Of a stretch of 64,000 nucleotides of DNA, positions 61,014-64,000 are shown in pieces; positions within the stretch are counted from its first letter, which is position 1, and each line of letters begins with the position of its first letter. The notes beneath the pieces were generated by a model. That model was not told the DNA's origin, ran no database searches, and saw only the letters and a program-made list of their open reading frames with translations. The stretch is taken from assembly GCA_943788915.1 (NCBI GenBank), contig CALSSD010000007.1, positions 124,001 through 188,000 on the forward strand. The letters run 5' to 3'. The DNA is from an uncultured Acidimicrobiales bacterium (GTDB lineage: Bacteria > Actinomycetota > Acidimicrobiia > Acidimicrobiales > UBA10347). The position numbers and the translations under genes are program-made.

Positions 61014-62273
61014 ATGAGTGATGACAGCGGCAATGACGGGAACCCGTTTGGCGATATGCCGTTCTTCGGCGATTTCTCCAACATGGCAAACATGTTTGGC
61101 GGCGGAGGCGATCCCTGGGCACAGGCCAAACAGATCGCGGCTTCGGTAGCCACCGGGGGCGAGTCCGAGAGCAATGTTGACCCGGGCGATCGCATCGCGT
61201 TCGAACAACTTGCCCGGGTCGCGGAGCTTCATGTCTCTACCGCCACTGGTATGACCGTGGGCGACGGCACTCCCCCACAGATCCGACCCGCGACCCGTCA
61301 CGAGTGGGCTCTGGCCACGCTCGAGGCCTACCGGCCCATGCTTCAGACCATGGCCGAGACTATGAGCCAATCAATGTCGGGTATGGGTGAAGATCTGCTG
61401 CCGAGTGATGCCGATATCCCCGGTCTTCCTGGCGGTATGTTCAGTGGTGACTTCATGGCTCAGATCATGAAGATGCTCGCGCCGATGATGTTGTCGATGA
61501 CCTCGGGTTCCATGGCAGGTCAGCTGGCCCGCACCAGCCTGGGCTCGTACGACCTGCCGATCCCTCGGCCCGGCGTGTCAGAACTCCTGGTCGTGCACGC
61601 CAACATCTCGTCGTTCACCGAAGAGTGGTCCGTGCCGACCGACGACGTGCGACTGTGGGTCTGCCTCCACGAGTACTTGCACCATGTCATTCTGCGCCAG
61701 CCCCATGTCGCCGAGCGGATGAACGAACTGATCACCCGGTATGTGTCTGCGTTCGAGTCGAACTCCCAGGCACTCGGCAACCAGTTCGGTGGGCTTGATC
61801 CTTCAAACCCCGAGTCCATGGGCCAACTCGAAGGGTTGATGAATGATCCCGAGGCCCTCATGGGTGTTGTGCAAAGCGACGCCCAGCGGGCAATGTTGCC
61901 CGAGATTTCCGCGCTGCTCGCTGCCATCGTTGGGTACGTCGACCACATGATGGACTCGATTGGGTCCACGCTAATCAGCAGTTACTCCATGATCAGCGAA
62001 GCACTCCATCGCCGCCGGGTTACCGCTGACCCAACCGATCGGTTCCTGCAACGAATGCTTGGCCTCGAACTTGACCAGGCGTGTTACGAACAAGGCCGGT
62101 CGTTCGTCGATGGTGTCGTCGAGCGCGGCGGACGTCCAGCACTCGCTCGGTTGTGGGAGTCGGCACGAGAACTACCCACACCAAACGAGATCGTCGCTCC
62201 CGGCCTCTGGCTTGCCCGCATCGATCTCGGCGACCTCGACGAACCCTCGGCACCAGCAGACGAAGAGGAATAA
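61014..62273 (+). CDS. Zinc-dependent metalloprotease-like protein (DUF2342/Zincin_2)
   Basis: LWVCLHEYLH (HExxH), GSYDLPIP, GYVDH, LPTPNEI..P..W. Confidence 0.9.
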   Translation: MSDDSGNDGNPFGDMPFFGDFSNMANMFGGGGDPWAQAKQIAASVATGGESESNVDPGDRIAFEQLARVAELHVSTATGMTVGDGTPPQIRPATRHEWALATLEAYRPMLQTMAETMSQSMSGMGEDLLPSDADIPGLPGGMFSGDFMAQIMKMLAPMMLSMTSGSMAGQLARTSLGSYDLPIPRPGVSELLVVHANISSFTEEWSVPTDDVRLWVCLHEYLHHVILRQPHVAERMNELITRYVSAFESNSQALGNQFGGLDPSNPESMGQLEGLMNDPEALMGVVQSDAQRAMLPEISALLAAIVGYVDHMMDSIGSTLISSYSMISEALHRRRVTADPTDRFLQRMLGLELDQACYEQGRSFVDGVVERGGRPALARLWESARELPTPNEIVAPGLWLARIDLGDLDEPSAPADEEE

Positions 62274-62314
62274 CCCCAGGTCACCAAAAGCCCAGGAACG
62301 CAGACCCGGGCAAC

Positions 62315-64000
62315 TCAGACGGGGTTTGTTCCCATCGGCGGTGTGTGGTTTGGTTCGACCAGTGGAGGGAGCGGGTCGATTTCGTTAAGCCACGCTGGCG
62401 GACCGAGCACATCATCGACAGCTGGCTCATCGTTGAAGACTGCAGCTGCCCAGTCAGGCGGTTCGACCCTACGGTCAGCGAAGGCTTCGGCATAAGGATC
62501 CGCCGAACTCACCCCGTTTGTCGTGGGCGTCGACGCCCGTGGCGCTTCGTCAGACGTGACCGCTGCCATCTGTGTCGTTGGTGGCGGTTCGGGAACAGGA
62601 ATCGGTGGCGCTGGTGGCGCTGTTGGTCCGCTCTCATCGGATTGGCGGGGCCGTGGGGTTCGACCCAATCGACCGCCTATCCGGGGGGCGCCGCCAAACG
62701 ACAGGCCGCTACGAGCGCCCTGTTGCATGATGAACACGCCAATGCCAACGGCGGCTATGGCGATCACCAAGAACCCGGCACGGAGCGGAAACGAGACGAT
62801 CACAGCAAGCAGCGACCCGACGACCCATGCGATCTGAAACTGGGTTTCGAAACGTCCGAACGCTGCACCGTGGTTGGCACCGGGAGCGTCGCGCTGCACA
62901 AGTGAGTCGAAGGCAAGTTTGGCTGCCGACGCTGAGCCGCCAACAATGAGAGCTACCAGTGCGGCGCCACTGAGACCACCCGCCCATACGGCGGCCACTG
63001 CCGATACAGCCACTGCCACGACTGCGCCAACAAGCATTGTCTCTTCGCTAAAACGTCGGCGGAACCATGGTGCGATCACATTTCCCGCGAAGCCGCCGAA
63101 ACCCCAGAGGGCGAAGGGGATGGCTGCTTTGTACCACGGCAGGCCGGGATCGTCGAGAAGCTCGAACCCGAGCGCTGCCTTAACCGCAGCCCCTGCCGCT
63201 GTGCCGATACCGGATAGATCCGGGAGCTCGGACCGTACGAACTCGAACAGCAACAAGAAGAAGACGAAACCGACGATGCCCCGCAAGGTTGCCATCACGA
63301 ACGACGCCAGCCGAACGCCCGACGATCGGATATCTAGGTCGTCGTCGGTCGTTTCAGGATCGTCGACGACGACACGGGGCATCTTCATCGAGAACCCCAC
63401 ACCCACCAAGTACACGATGGCTGCCCACCACAAGGTGGGTGTCGACCCAAACAATTGGTAGAGACCAGCGGCTGGTATCACACCGATTACACCGGCAACC
63501 GCCGAAAGAATGGCCAGCCGAGAGTTCTTGTCGACGAGTTCGTCCTCGTCGTGAACGGTCGTGGGCACAGTCGCCGCCTTGGCGACCGAATAGGTCTTAC
63601 CCAGCACCAGCCAGATGAACGCAATCGGGAAGAACCATGCCGTATCAATATTGCGAATAAGGAGCACCATCAACGCAGCGCGGAGTAAAAGCGAGAGTGC
63701 AATCGTTGCCCGCCGACCACCACGTACCCGGTCGAGCGCTGGCCCGATCAGTGGCCCGACGAGAGCAAACGGCGCCATCGTCAGCACCAATGCCAACAGG
63801 ATTCTCGACCGCGCATCGTTGGGATCGATGGTGAGCAAGGTGCCCGCCAACGTGACGAAGACCGATGCCTCGCCGGCAGCGTGGAAGGCGTGCGTCCGGG
63901 CAAGGCGGACGAACGGCGTGACGGCAGCTGCTCTGAACGATGCTGGTCGAGACGAAGCTCCTGGTTCCGGTGGAGGACCCGTGGGGTTTGGGCGCGACAT
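62315..64000 (-). CDS. MFS transporter with Pro-rich cytoplasmic tail
   Basis: LTMAPFALVGPLIGPALDR, KLAFDSLVQRD, FETQFQIAWVVG. ATG at the window edge. Confidence 0.88.
   Translation of the reverse strand: MSRPNPTGPPPEPGASSRPASFRAAAVTPFVRLARTHAFHAAGEASVFVTLAGTLLTIDPNDARSRILLALVLTMAPFALVGPLIGPALDRVRGGRRATIALSLLLRAALMVLLIRNIDTAWFFPIAFIWLVLGKTYSVAKAATVPTTVHDEDELVDKNSRLAILSAVAGVIGVIPAAGLYQLFGSTPTLWWAAIVYLVGVGFSMKMPRVVVDDPETTDDDLDIRSSGVRLASFVMATLRGIVGFVFFLLLFEFVRSELPDLSGIGTAAGAAVKAALGFELLDDPGLPWYKAAIPFALWGFGGFAGNVIAPWFRRRFSEETMLVGAVVAVAVSAVAAVWAGGLSGAALVALIVGGSASAAKLAFDSLVQRDAPGANHGAAFGRFETQFQIAWVVGSLLAVIVSFPLRAGFLVIAIAAVGIGVFIMQQGARSGLSFGGAPRIGGRLGRTPRPRQSDESGPTAPPAPPIPVPEPPPTTQMAAVTSDEAPRASTPTTNGVSSADPYAEAFADRRVEPPDWAAAVFNDEPAVDDVLGPPAWLNEIDPLPPLVEPNHTPPMGTNPV

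Overview
A 64-kb, high-GC chromosomal window. Gene content points to an Actinomycetota genome, probably Acidimicrobiia (inference from Bpa/PafE, UPF0182, a YlbL-type PDZ protease, a DUF2342 zincin, a PPOX/F420-type enzyme, ethylmalonyl-CoA mutase and MreB). 1-24.5 kb is mixed redox, metabolic and proteostasis genes: trxC, lon, ecm, an MMPL transporter and a double-domain WS/DGAT, with several decayed pseudogene remnants. 24.8-40.1 kb is a catabolic cluster (four LLM-type genes, two family III CoA transferases, enoyl-CoA hydratase, ThDP enzyme) surrounding a four-gene operon that encodes two paralogous QueG/reductive-dehalogenase-like B12/Fe-S proteins, a small unknown protein and a hydrolase. 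40.1-45.3 kb is tRNA-fMet plus five catabolic genes bounded by a 36-nt tRNA fragment repeat. 45.3-64 kb is a housekeeping block. Main signals: (1) the paired QueG/RdhA-like operon; (2) a lipoprotein redoxin split by an in-frame TGA in a UxxC motif followed by a SECIS-like hairpin (probable selenoprotein); (3) mreB apparently starting at CTG; (4) a tandem WS/DGAT; (5) widespread leaderless-type TANNNT-N6/7-start architecture. No CRISPR array, integrase or transposase was seen. All calls come from motif recognition by eye; no database searches were run.
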